A DNA stretch of 60,768 bases, the filler included, from Sphacelaria rigidula (taxonomy: Eukaryota): NCBI GenBank assembly GCA_964200075.2. It is 7 parts of 7 records of this genome, joined end to end, with 100 filler letters (N's around TTAATTAATTAA, not from the genome) between each part and the next. Parts side by side here need not be neighbours in the genome. Positions count along the whole stretch, not along the records: positions 1 to 8,596 come from CAXNAA020010644.1; positions 8,697 to 17,292 come from CAXNAA020010645.1; 5 more parts are not named here. One strand, 5' to 3'. Positions 1 through 11,962 of the stretch are shown in pieces (the stretch's first letter is position 1; the number at the start of each line of letters is the position of its first letter). The notes under the pieces are model-generated. The model saw nothing but the letters and a program-made list of their open reading frames with translations. It was not told the DNA's origin and made no database searches. Made by a program: the position numbers and the translations under genes.

Positions 1-71
1 CGAAGATTGTAATCCTCCGGGTTCTCATCCTCAATGAAAAGCACCATCCTCAACATAGATGATCGGCTGTT
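1..71. mobile_element. Terminus of an AACAGCCGAT-ended TIR element, truncated by the contig start
   Basis: Near-identical to 43481-43543 and similar to the right TIR of the complete element at 56780-57227 (...GATGATCGGCTGTT). Confidence 0.7.
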
Positions 72-263
72 CATAGTAGACCGCCCTAAACCAGTGAAAA
101 CAAATGAAAAAAAGCAACCTGACCCACTTTGTTTTGTTGATAATTATGCCTTAGAGAGCGCCCAAACAAAATTTCAATACACGAAAATCAAACATGGGCC
201 GGTGAGTGGCCTGCGAAATACTGTTCCGATTTTCTACCAACCCGGCTTTTCAAAGGCCCATGC

Positions 264-513
264 TCCCGCCAATATTCAAAGTTGGACCCTGAAATTTGGT
301 ATGGACAATGCAGAGGGCATGAAAAAACAAATAACGTCGGCACGAAAAAAAAGTTTTTTTTTCACGAGTTAAGGGCAATAAGCAGTTTTCAGGTACCAGT
401 AAAATGCCATGAACTTATGAAAAAAAAAATGGTGCCGACGTAATACTTTTTTTCATTACCTATTCATTGTCCATATCAAAATTTCAGGGTCCAACTCCAA
501 ATATTGGCGGGCC
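264..513. mobile_element. Palindromic MITE-like foldback upstream of MOCS2B
   Basis: CCCGCCAATATTCAAAGTTGGACCCTGAAATTT...ACGTCGGCAC (264-342) is mirrored by GTGCCGACGT...AAATTTCAGGGTCCAACTCCAAATATTGGCGGG (432-511). Confidence 0.7.
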
Positions 514-759
514 TGCAAACTTCAAATCCGCCTCTAGGCTGGCCCAGCTCGTACTGTAGAACAAAACGCTTCAGAGCGTTTATCACAGCGGGTCTCCACA
601 ATATGGGTGAATGTGAAGATAAACTATGCCTATGCCCGACACTCGACACTGGTCTATTCCGTGAGCTCACAGAATCGCTAATGACCGGGGGTGGAGATAG
701 GGACTGAGTTAACGCGTAGATTAATCGAAACATAGTACGAGTAGATAATCTGTAAGTAA

Positions 760-910
760 ATGATGGGCGAGTTTAGTACTGGTACGAGTAAGGACTACGT
801 GTCGGTTTCAACTTCAGCTCTTGATCTGCAACGTCTGACAGCGATGGTATCCGACCCGCGGGCAGGCGCTACGTCGACGTTTTCTGGCACCACTAGGGAC
901 AACCACAACG
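760..910 (+). CDS. MOCS2B: Molybdopterin synthase catalytic subunit (MoaE family), exon 1
   Basis: ATG at 760; MMGEFSTGTSKDYVSVSTSALDLQRLTAMVSDPRAGATSTFSGTTRDNHN contains the MoaE motif GAxxxFxGTTRD; phase-1 donor G|GTAAG at 910/911. Confidence 0.92.
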
Positions 911-1772
911 GTAAGAGGAAAAGGGAGGTAGAAATAGGCAGAGGCAGGTGTTCTCCCTCGATATCCTGTTGAACACTACCCCCGATACTGCATGGTGTTC
1001 TTGTTCTTGTCCTATATAGTGGGAAATAACAATGCACTCAAACTTCGAAACTTCATATGAAGTGCGCCAAGTCTTCCATGTGAGGAGAGACTTGTATCTT
1101 GAATTGGTGTCGAGATTTCGATGCTAGGTAGTGCAGTTGACTGATACTTCCTGATGTTGGGACTGCAAGAGTTTATCTGAATTATGGCTGCATTACTGTT
1201 GTCGGGGGTGATTGTCATCGTTCGCCTCACCTCTCGGCAATGCTCCTCGTCGTTTCTCACCAACCTAGATGTCTGGCCTCTGATATGTTGTATAACACCC
1301 CCATTGATGAGTTTTTAACTCTGCTCAAGTCGTGAAACATGGTCTTACACCCTCGAATAGCCTTTTTCATGAATAGATATCGACGCTTCTCTGGCGATTG
1401 CTTTCGGCGGTCTGATCGCGTGACTATGTCTGTGTTTGAGGAAATAAGCGCTGAAACAACACAAACGATCGGTGTGGTTATTTCCAGCATCTGCTGCATC
1501 ATGTTCCCATATGCTCTAGACTATCAGTTGCAGTACAGTAGTCAGTACTGGGCGCCTGAACTATGCATTTTGTAATTTCTTCACAGGAACCGTAGGTAAG
1601 GTACCGTACCAAGCTTACTCCCGCATTTACCGGGGGATCCTATACAGAGGTATACGTAGGTATCGTGGGTATGAGTTTTGAAAATACCGGATTGAGCGGG
1701 TACGGTTGGTATTGAAATATCGAAATACCGTGGTATCGTAGGTATTGTACGTACGACATGGAGGCTGGTTCA

Positions 1773-4403
1773 CACTCATCACCCAAAATTATGTCATCAG
1801 CAAATGCCTTTCGCAATACCTACCTAGTAATCACATACATGATATCATATTGCCGGCCATGAAGAGCTGAAGAGCGTGACATGGCCAGATTTGTGTGTAA
1901 GGCCATAGTGGTAGCGCTAAGGGCGTAAAGGTATATCGACCGATCAGCGCTCGTCAAATTGTTCCGAGGTCGAAATTACGAATACCAAGCCCAATTTCCA
2001 CCCAATCTCCACATGCTTCAAATCGTAGTAGCCGTCATTGGCTCGGGAATCTAGCGTAAAAATCATATTATAAAACGGTCACTACGGGGTCGAATTATAC
2101 CCGAACCCTTGATGTTTCGGTGATGTAGGGTGTTGGCGTCGTCTAATTTCCACTACTGTAATGATACGCACGAAAGACCCAGGGAGCCTCGTGACGGTGT
2201 CCCCTCTATTTGTTGTAGAACAGCTCAGATCACCCTCAAACTTGGCAGTTCCGTAGATATTGATGCTCCAGATGGAAAAATTGTATTCTTGACAACAGAG
2301 AGTTTCGGAAAACGTTTTTTCATATCTTAGAGTCAGAGTGGAAGGGAAAATAGCCGGTAACGGTGCACTTTCCGCTATGAAGTTTTCTTCAGAGCGATTC
2401 TTTCAGAGACAGAGTGCCGTTTGCACCACTTCACTCTGAAAACCGTTGTTCCTCCTCAGAGCTCATAGCAGAATGTAAAAGAACCACGCCCACACGCCCA
2501 CCTTCACCGCCATGGTCACGTCCAGTCCAAAGTCAATACACCCTAACCAGCAAAGTGGGACATTCATCGTCCATCAAAACTGCTATACTCATCACAATGG
2601 GCCATTCACGAAATAGAAAAGCTTGACATCGCAGTCAGAAGACCTCCCTGATGCCGCCATGGTATCAGCATTCGCTTGCTTGTGTTGCGTGAATATTCGA
2701 ATGCTCGACGGGTACACATTGACTTGGGTGCAGCTCCTCACTCTTGCCAGCCTCAGCTGGAAGAAGACGGTGGAAACGATTCGTAGTCTACAGCGCACAA
2801 GTAGTACTACTCCTGGCTGTATTTCCATCCTGTGAGAGATCATGACGTCTTGCACCACCGTTATGGGTGGCATGTGGAGAAATCATCGCAATGCGGCCGA
2901 GGTCTGCTGTTTGAAAGTGCTGCGTACCGTACTGTCTGTACTTTAGTTGTTTGTACAACTGACTCTCTGTACGGTATCGCTGTACAGTATAATAGTTCAC
3001 AGCATCGCAACGCACTGTTGTAGGGTTCTGTATTGCACTCTCTGTACTGTACTGTACTGTACTGTACTGCACGCCACGCTGCTCAGAATTATGGCACTAC
3101 AGCACTACCGTGTCTTGTAGTGCGCCGTATTGGATTGAAGCACTGCAGGTGCATTGAAAAAGCGTACAGGGTGTGGTGCGTACGGTGCTGCAGTGTACGG
3201 TACAGTCAGTGTTGTGCTGGCCTACGCACTTCCGAAGTGGGCGCTGATCGATCGTACATTTGGCGGGGCAACCTGCGGCCAATCACTTCGACAGAACAAA
3301 ATCACGTCAAGCCACGTCACATCAGCTTCCGCTATGAACTTTTTAACGTCCACTATGAAGTTTCGAAGCTTCCCCTCTGCACTCTGACTCTATGATAAAA
3401 AAAAACATCTTCCGGAACTCTCTAATATTTCATGTTTTTTTCATTCTGTACCGGCTTCCGAGCGTCCCAGTATGAAGACCCCCAGAAGGCGGTACAAAAT
3501 GCCCTGAAAGAAAAACTATAAAATGATGCGTCCCGGGATAGTCCAAGGAACACATGTACAAAGTTTGGTGCCGAAACTCGAAAACTTCATCCACTTTTTC
3601 TCGCCTTGACGTGAAGTTCACCTCAAAAGACGTTTCTATACTAAAACCAAGTAGTTAGAAGTTGCGCGTTCCAAGCCCACGTCCTCCACAAACGCGCAAA
3701 CCTTCACGCCGTTATTGGGAATTAGATCCTGAAACTTTGCGAAAATATGCTACGTTTCATCACGCAACTTTCTACAGATACTGATTTTTCCTTTCTTGGT
3801 TTTTTCACCGTTTTTAGGGGGTCCAACGGGGGTCCAAGTCGTTTTTCGAAGTAGTCTCCATTCTGGGACCCGGGAAAACCGGCACGACGATACTTTTTTT
3901 CATTTTTTCGTGAACGAGCTTTCCCCGCATAACCCAAGAAAGGGTCCCACAAACTGTCGTCGCAAAACTCGATCAACTGATGCTTGAATTTTCACGTTCA
4001 CGTCAACGGCCCAAAAACGCCCTTTTCGTTCTAAAATGAAGTAGTTTGCGGTTTCACCGCGGCACGTCGAAGTTCATCGCACAAAAGCGAAAAACCTCAC
4101 GCCGATTGAAGGAGGTGGGCCCTGAAATTTCGCGCAACTGTACCACGGGTCATTACGCAACTTTAGATTCAAGAGTTTTCTTTTGTTTTCTTTTCTTCGC
4201 CGATTTACGGGAGTCCGATTGGATCGATGTTTCCCGGGGAAAATGGGGATCCCCGTAAAACCGTGAAAAAAGTTGAAAAGTCGAAACACCTCGATCTCCG
4301 AAAGTTGCGCAATGCCCCATAGAGTATCAGTGCAAAATTTCAGGGTCTAACTCCTTAAAACGGCGTCAGGTTTTGCCGATGAGTGTTTTTTGGATGATGG
4401 GTG
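1773..4403. mobile_element. Non-autonomous TIR element with CAC termini
   Basis: Left CACTCATCACCCAAAA versus reverse complement of right end CACCCATCATCCAAAA (14/16 match), with weaker extension; no TSD seen. Confidence 0.5.
2298..3423. mobile_element. About 1.1-kb non-autonomous TIR transposon (GAGAG termini), copy 1
   Basis: TIRs GAGAGTTTCGGAAAACGTTTTT / AAAACATCTTCCGGAACTCTC; collinear with the copy at 14019-15232. Confidence 0.85.
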
Positions 4404-5303
4404 GGTACGGTAGGTATTGAAATCTCGAAATACCGTGGTATCGTAGGTATCGTGGGTATGATATATGAGAATACCCGATCGAGCGGGTACGGTAGGTAGG
4501 TATTGAAATCTCGAAATACCGTGGTATCGTGGGTATCGTAGGTATGGGATTTGAAAATACACGATTGGGTCGGTATTGGTAGGGTATGAGATGTCCCAAA
4601 TACCAGTACCGGGTACCTACCTTACCAATGGTGCCTGTGCATTTCTTCGTAATTGGCTATTCTCTTAGGCTCTCCCGCTTGCCACCGCTCGTTGCATTGG
4701 GGATCTGAAGGTACCTGGATCCGCTCCACATCCCAAGAGAAAAAAATAATCTGTACAGTACTCAATATCGAGTGACGTACAGGCTGACCGGTCATCGGGA
4801 TTTCTGACACGTTTCAGCCCAGATTCTAACTCTTCTGTTTCACGGTCTATAACACCCTCCTGATGAAGGGGATATCTACTCGTATCACGCGTCAAAACCA
4901 ACTAACACTAACTTGGGCACTGGGGGGGCAAGACGATCTGTTCATTTCACCAAAATCTACCGACGTTAGCACTTTCGAGTTCTATCGAAGAATGATCGGG
5001 AGAAAAAAAATATATGAACAAAAATAGTTCAGGCGTCGAGTACTACTGTATATTACCTTCATCATTAACATTGGTATATATATATATTATTTCTCATTGA
5101 GGAAGAGGAAACCTCACCCAACACCTCGCAAGTGGGGTCGTATGCTAATTACTGGGAGGCTCGGCTAAACCGCCTTGCGGTTTTGATGTACACGGCTGCG
5201 GGGTGTCTGCATCTGACGAACGTATACTCTGACTCCTCGTGACGGCGCATACCGAATATTACATCTATTCCTTGTGTGGATTTACTTGCTCGTGGATTGA
5301 CAG

Positions 5304-5380
5304 GGAAGAAGGTGGTCCGTCTTGAATATGAGGGCTATGTACCTATGGCGGAGCTTGAGCTAAAGAAGATCTGCGCCCAG
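5304..5380 (+). CDS. MOCS2B: Molybdopterin synthase catalytic subunit, exon 2
   Basis: Acceptor CAG at 5301-5303; (G)KKVVRLEYEGYVPMAELELKKICAQ matches MoaE GKxVxxLEYEAYxPMA; phase-0 donor CAG|GTAAAA; phase-compatible with exon 1. Confidence 0.93.
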
Positions 5381-7793
5381 GTAAAAACATGCGACACGTA
5401 CCGAGCCGCAGACTCTGGTTGCTGCACTTTTCAGTATTGTGCCTCCCCAATAACCTGTCGCGTGCAACGCGCGACACGTCTCCTACACGCCATATTTTGG
5501 GGATGCCGCAGGTATCGCCGGTTGAATGGTGATCGTTTGAGACTGGGGTAATGAAGATACACACGTCTTTTGCCAGATTTCTCAGGACCCATGGACCCAT
5601 GCCCCGAGAATCTTCGAAATTGTGGAAGCGGATAAAGCTGTGCGACTCACTGTTTGTTTCCACCATATCGGGGTTGGATTCGGGGGGTGTCAGGGCACTT
5701 TTTTTTCGATCGAAAAAGTGCGGTCGATTTTTTTCTTGATCCGACGGGTCCACCGCATATCTGTTTTCAGAAGGCTTTGCCTCAAATTTATAATTAGTTG
5801 CGCGCGGAGAAGAACTATAAAACAAAAAAGCTCAGCTTGTTCGATCGAAACCGTGCGGTCGAAACGCTTCAAGCGGTACTTGACTCCTATCTTATAGACT
5901 ACCACGCCAGATAACACCCGTTCACAAAACCATGCAAACTCCATCCAACTCATTCTCAGCTACCACCGCAACCTCTGCAGCATACAGCACGAGTTGAGCA
6001 TAGGGATAGATACACTGTAGTAGTTGGGCATGCTCTGTTCATTTTTTGTTCGCGAAAACTTTCGCATCTTTTTTCATGGTAGGATCAGCGATGGAACTGC
6101 ATGCTACGTTGAGCAACCGAGTTGCGTACACCCTCATGGACAGTGCAGGCAGTACAGAGCCGCACGTTGTTGAAGTCCTTTTCACGTCGCATTGTAAGCA
6201 GAGAGAACTGATAGTCCTGAGCTGTCTGCACTGCACGTTGCCCGCTTCTCTTTAAAATCCCAGTGTACGAAACACGCACGCACGCACTTATGACACACTG
6301 CTTGCAAGCAGTGCAGATGGTACAGACTGTCTGTGCTGTACACGAGTGACCATGTACCGGTTCACAAATTTCACCCTCTTTTTTCGGCTCATATTCCGTC
6401 TGGGTCACGGCACCAGACAGTGGTGCAGTACCGTTCTTCATGATACTATCCGTGTGCGGATCAGCCAGCGATACACATGACTTCCAGCACGATGTCAGCG
6501 CAAAAATCACTTGCCTTGGGGTCAGTAAGTGGACAACATTCACGACCCGACAGCAAACGCATGTACTGCGAAGAGTAATACTAGCGGAATCCGTGCCCAC
6601 CAGTTTGTATACGGTAGTCGCCGTCGGCTTGTGCCCCCGACCGCGGTTGCTGCCAGCCACGGCTGAAGAGGGGTACACGAGAGAGGAAAACTTTGCCTTC
6701 GCCGCGTTACCCAGGCGTGGCGTGAGTGCGGCCCTCCTCGTCTTCGCCGCTGCTTGTTGGCGCGTTCGTTCTTGTTGTGCTGTGTATGCGTTTCACGGTT
6801 TGGACGAATCATCGCCGACTCGAGTCACCAAATCCGCGGTATTTCAGGCCTGGTTGCTTGAAAAAGAGAAAAGAGTTGACTGCAGGTCAGGTCAAACAAG
6901 GTCTCCACGTAATTTGTACCCTTTACACGTGCCTGGGCTGCGCGTACCTGGGCTGCGCGTACCTGGGTTGCAGCGCTGAAAACAAAGCCCAAGGGTTGAT
7001 TCGTACGGTACGAATCAATCACACTAAAATCAAGTAATTTCCAGATGAATCATTCATTTGTCCGACCCTCGATGCGTTTGCACAGGGTGGGTCCTGAAAC
7101 GTTGAATGAGAGGAGGCAGGGAGTTCGTTTGTGATTTATCAACACTATTATAGAAGCATGCACCACATGGAAAAGAGCGTACATTTTCATCCCAAGTCAA
7201 GTTATTTTTTTACCTCGGTAGACCTGACCTGTTGTTCTCAATCAACACCGTGTCTGTGCCATGTCGAGCGCAGCGGGTGTTTGTTGTTGTTTCTCGCATG
7301 AGCCCTGCTCGAGGAGTCTAGCGTCCGTTGGTCACAGAGTGGTATCAGTTCTGGGCACGCTTTCGAGGAAAATGAAATCACAAAGCCAGATAGATTATAA
7401 CCTACCTTTGCCCTCTTGGTTGCTTGCCCTTTTGCCAAGGACAAAAAAAAAACTAGGCACCATGTCAAGACAATGTTGTGAGAGTCCGGGGATCGGAAGA
7501 CTTGGGAGCCATTCTTAACGAATCGAGTGTTCCCCCATTCGATATTAAAAAAGACAGCAAGTGCACCCTTCCTTGTTTGTTGGCCAGTGACATTTTTTTT
7601 TAATTTTTCCACACGAAATGGGAAAACTGGCTTCATGAAGAATGAATGACCCCAAGTGACCTATACCACGGAAATTTGTGGTTGTCCACTGAACTAACTA
7701 CCCCGCCTCCTCCAAAAAACAAAAGCTACAACGCGAAGTGATCATACCTCATCCGCAAATCATTGTCACCTTCGTATTTTCACGGCTTCATAG

Positions 7794-7967
7794 ATTCGAG
7801 ATAAGTGGGATGTGATACACATTGCCTTGGCGCACCGACTGGGGGTGACAGCGGTGGAGGAGGCGAGCGTCATCATCGCGATATCTTCTGTACATCGCAA
7901 GGACTCGCTGGAAGCTGTGGAGTACGCCATCAACACCCTCAAAGCGACAGTTCCGATATGGAAACTG
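7794..7967 (+). CDS. MOCS2B: Molybdopterin synthase catalytic subunit, exon 3 (terminal exon not confidently found)
   Basis: Acceptor TAG at 7791-7793; IRDKWDVIHIALAHRLGVTAVEEASVIIAISSVHRKDSLEAVEYAINTLKATVPIWKL carries the HRLG, SSxHR and LKxxVPIWK motifs; donor GTGAG at 7968. Confidence 0.93.
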
Positions 7968-8596
7968 GTGAGCTCCTTGTCGCTCGTTATTACCTTCTCG
8001 AACATATCAGCCTTTTTGAAAATGCCCGCCGTTTACAGGAAGATATGTAACCCCTTCGGGACCGGGCCTCCAGAACGACCAATGGGGCTGGTCAAGGAAG
8101 ATATGTCTGGCGTCTGCACGAAACAGTCGCATGTCGCTGAAAATCCGCGTATGTAACCGCAGGGTTGGGAGGAAGACCACAAGTTTTATTCAGTCTACTT
8201 TGAGGTGCAGAGCGCGCATTAGGTAATGTGCATATCTGATGTAGCAAGCAGTATGGGTCGCCGTAGAGAGCTTTCAACAGGATGAGGCGACCGGCGGGCC
8301 GCCCGCCACTTGCGGCTTTTGTCCCCACCACCTTGCCCACGCAGCCCTTTGTGGTCGGGGTGGGCCGTCATTTCCCTCTTTGTTGCATGCGGTAAATTCT
8401 CTTCGAAGGTTATGGGCGTTGCGGCGCGCATACATACGGTACAGTACAGTGCAGTATGCCCCTCCGACTGCAGCAGCAACTGCCGCTGCATACTCCCTTG
8501 CACGTTCTGTGCAGTTCTGACTTATCGAGATCAACTGCCTATATACCGCTTGTTCATCCCCGCCCACTACATACATGTTGACTGCACACTGCGAGT

Positions 8597-8696
8597 NNNN
8601 NNNNNNNNNNNNNNNNNNNNNNNNNNNNNNNNNNNNNNNNTTAATTAATTAANNNNNNNNNNNNNNNNNNNNNNNNNNNNNNNNNNNNNNNNNNNN
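8597..8696. other. Artificial contig spacer (N44-TTAATTAATTAA-N44); identical spacers at 17293-17392, 25989-26088, 34685-34784, 43381-43480 and 52075-52174
   Basis: Six identical 100-bp linkers with a six-frame stop core; flanking segments are 8596, 8596, 8596, 8596, 8596, 8594 and 8594 bp, consistent with length-sorted contigs. Confidence 0.97.
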
Positions 8697-9904
8697 ACCT
8701 CCTGTATGATCTAATTCTTTTCCTTGCTTCCGTTTTTTGTAATTGAACCACCGGGGGAGGGAGAACATCGGTCGTTTTCCGTTATTTCGTGTTTTTTCAG
8801 CACTGTAGACACCCCGCGTGCTTCCTGAAGGATAACCTCATTTTATCAACTCTTCATCCTGACCGTCGACCAGAAACAAGAAATTCAAATCACGAGCATG
8901 GTGACTACACGAGCCTCGAGGAAAATGACTTTTCCCAAGGCTTAGCGTAACCCTCGCCTCCGAAGAGAGCAGGTCGTGATCCTTTAGGGTCGGCGATTTT
9001 GTTGGGTGAGGCCATTTACAACATCTACTTACAACTCGAGACTGGTAAATAGGTATTTACAACCCCAGCGAGTGGAGTAGCTGCGCGCGTTCGTCCCGTG
9101 TGCCTTGCATCAACACAACAGCAGCTGCAACATGCTCATACAGTCCGTAGCCATTGTTCGAGCCATCGCGCGGTGCAAACGGCATCGTGGCGGGTGAGAA
9201 AAGCGCCTGCTGCACACAGTGCCGATAATGTGGCCACCCGACTGAAGTGGTAAATAACTATTCACCACTCCAGCGGGTGGAGTAACTGCGCGCGTTCGTC
9301 CCATGTGCCTTGCATCGGCACGAGAGCAGCTGCAATACACTCCTACAAATGGTAGCCATCGGTCAAGCCATCGCACGGTGCAAACGGCCTCGTGGCGGGC
9401 GAGAAATGCGCCTGCTGCATGCAGTGCCGAAAAATGTGCCCCCCGGACTGGAGTGGTGAATAACTATTTACAAGTCCAGCGACTGCGGGTAAGATAACTG
9501 TAAGCGCGCAAACAAGATCTCCGCTGGCCAGCCACTTCGCTGTCTGAATAGGCAATCACCCTATCGCGCATTGTGAAGGCGCGTGCGTACCAGTGTGTGT
9601 GTCGGTGTTTTCATGTGCCTACGTCGGCATCGAAATGTGCGTCTGTATTAGTCGGTAATCTTGTGCTGGTGGAGTGATGAACGATTTGTAGTACGGCTCC
9701 CGTAGTGGTTCCGCGCATGAAGTCAGCAACCATTACTGTAACAGTGCCCACATCATACACGCACCCGAGGCGAACGGTAACACACGCCTGCTTGAAGAGA
9801 AGTGACGAAACTGGACACAGATCAGATGGTTTACACTGATAAAAATGCGTACGAAGGGAAACAGAAGTAGGAATGGCCGGGTCCGTCAGTACACAGGAAA
9901 GAAG

Positions 9905-10323
9905 ACGGGATTTTACAAATGGGGTATGAATTCTTTATTGGGTATCTGCGCCGGGAGAATTCGAATCTTGGTATCCACGCCAAATCTTCGATCTATGGTT
10001 CCATTTCTTCGCCTACTGGTAGCTATTGACAACTACTACACGCCGTACAAATTTGGATTTCGAAAACCAAGAGGTTGGGGTCCCAGGTGATGAACCAATC
10101 TCGACGTCCGTTCGGATCGCCGAAATGCCCCGAAATTGGTCCTTCACCTCTGGGACCCCAATGTTTCGGTTTCCGAAATCCAAATATCAATGGCGTGTAG
10201 TAGTTGTCAATAGCTACCAGTAGGTGAAGACATGGAACCATATTTCGAAGATTTGGCGTGGATACGAAGAGTTTAAGCTCCGATATTCATTAAAAAATCC
10301 ATACCCACTTTGTAAAGTTCCGT
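9905..10323. mobile_element. Palindromic MITE (~420 bp)
   Basis: Almost fully self-complementary, e.g. CCTACTGGTAGCTATTGACAACTACTACACGCC versus GGCGTGTAGTAGTTGTCAATAGCTACCAGTAGG; core homologous to 56850-57150. Confidence 0.85.
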
Positions 10324-11751
10324 GTTAAAGGTCGTGCGATGAAGCAATGCCCCTTACTCGATACGTTGAAATTCACAGTCGTGGGAATAGAATGCGGCTG
10401 CTCAATTTCAGCTCACACGCCCGACAGTGATGGAAGCGAGGCACCAAACCACGAATTGCTCGCACACCGGGAGGGAATAAACACACACGCACACACACAT
10501 ACACAAACAGAGCGACTTCGAGAGGCCGAGACAGACAAGCGGAGAGATGGGGAGAGAAAAAGAGACCAGGGGTGGATATTCAGGGAGTAAATGTGGCTGA
10601 GAACACAGTACGGTGGAGCGTGTGTCAACGCACAGCCTCGGTGTCGGCACTTGTCCACCGTTTTCAATACGGACGCGACCCCTTATCTTCTCGTCGACCC
10701 CCGACATTATTGTCGTGCGATTCAGAGTAGAGGATACGACTGATACGATGGAGAGTGAAAAGCGGTCAATTAGTGAATGAATCGTTCAAGTTCCGGAAAG
10801 CCCCTCAACGACCAATATTTATTCTGTAGTAGGTTACCACTAAGGCCCTTGATATCCCTGAGGAGGATATCGATGTGGAGCTGTAGGCACGCGGCTGTGA
10901 TGGAGGCAAAGAAAAGCACACACGGAATGAAAAAAATGGTTGAGTTGAAGCAAGTGATCAAAGCCCCTCTCAATTCGCGGTCTACCTCAATCTCATGCAT
11001 GAATACGTCGTTCACCGCCATATCGCTGACTGGTCCTCTGCACGAGCACGACAACCTGCGGCGGTGCAACGGGAAATGCGAGATGCAACGCAACTTGTGC
11101 AACAAACTTAGATTATGTACCTTTATCACGCTAAAACATGGTGGCCGCATTACGGTGCCGTAGCCTTGGGGAGTAGAAATACAGCAATGACCTGCTTACT
11201 CGCACTTCCTGCTGCCGTGGGAGATGGGGCCACTGGTTGTGTGTCGAGGACCCCGCCCATGCCACAACAAGAAGTGGACACGGGGCCCCCTTACACGGGC
11301 TGCGGCTGGTACACGTAATCCGCACTTCGCACCCAGTAGCCCAAGGCTACGCGGGCTGTGGACAAGGTACGTAAAGTGTGGATGAATCCTCAACGTTGAC
11401 AACGCGAGCCAGCCGAATAGCGTCTACATTTCTGGTTCATTGAAGGCTATAGGTGCATGCTCAACCTGCGTAAAACCTGAGTGCATCGCGGAACAATGCA
11501 GGTAAAATGTACTTACTAGCGGCAGTCACCTGTTGGCCTTCTTGTCTACACCACTGCCGCTGTCAACCCCGATCACATGATCAAGTGCTCTCATGGCACC
11601 CAACCCCCACATAACATACCTTATATCCAAGTTGCAAGTTGCTGAGTCGCGTGTTTTTGACAAAAGCCATGTCCAACTCCAGTCGGGTGCACTGGTATTT
11701 CTTGGCACCGTGAGATACGGGAGCGATTCGCGCCCGCTATGGGGTCGCTTG

Positions 11752-11962
11752 TGTAATGCGTGAGAGGACCGCGTGCTTAGGGGACCGCGCCGTAGTTCAA
11801 AGTACATCAGGATTGATGCTTTTCAAAACCAATCGGGCCAGTCCCTGCAGGTACCACGCCCCCGACCATAACCCTAACACTAACCCTGACCCTAACCCTA
11901 ACCATGGGGATGTTCGAATTCCGATGCGGTCCTCTAAGCACGCGGTCCTTTCACGCATTACA
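11752..11962 (+). mobile_element. Telomere-repeat-containing MITE, copy 1
   Basis: 37-bp TIR TGTAATGCGTGAGAGGACCGCGTGCTTAG(A/G)GGACCGC; internal imperfect (CCCTAA)n at about 11870-11903; perfect 5-bp TSD GCTTG. Confidence 0.93.

Larger units (their letters stand above)
1594..4622. mobile_element. Outer GGTATCGT(A/G)GGTAT-repeat element in MOCS2B intron 1, split by nested insertions
   Basis: The same TATTGAAAT(A/C)TCGAAATACCGTGGTATCGT(A/G)GGTAT units occur at about 1650-1750 and 4405-4600; termini AGGTAAGGTACC...GGTACCTACCT are roughly inverted. Confidence 0.55.

Noticed and set aside
504-759. Upstream MOCS2A (MoaD-like) ORF, as in the bicistronic vertebrate MOCS2
   Set aside because: ORF 504-707 begins in a MITE, has no ubiquitin-like MoaD features and does not end in Gly-Gly (ends GGGDRD).
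6085-6979. Overlapping 197-aa and 179-aa ORFs in MOCS2B intron 2
   Set aside because: No recognisable motifs or splice pattern; includes a 15-bp tandem repeat; probably chance ORFs in TE-derived DNA.
11790-11925. Pol III promoter inside the telomere-repeat MITE (TAGTTCAA; GTTCGAATTCC)
   Set aside because: Both boxes are imperfect, about 110 bp apart and not strictly conserved among the four copies.
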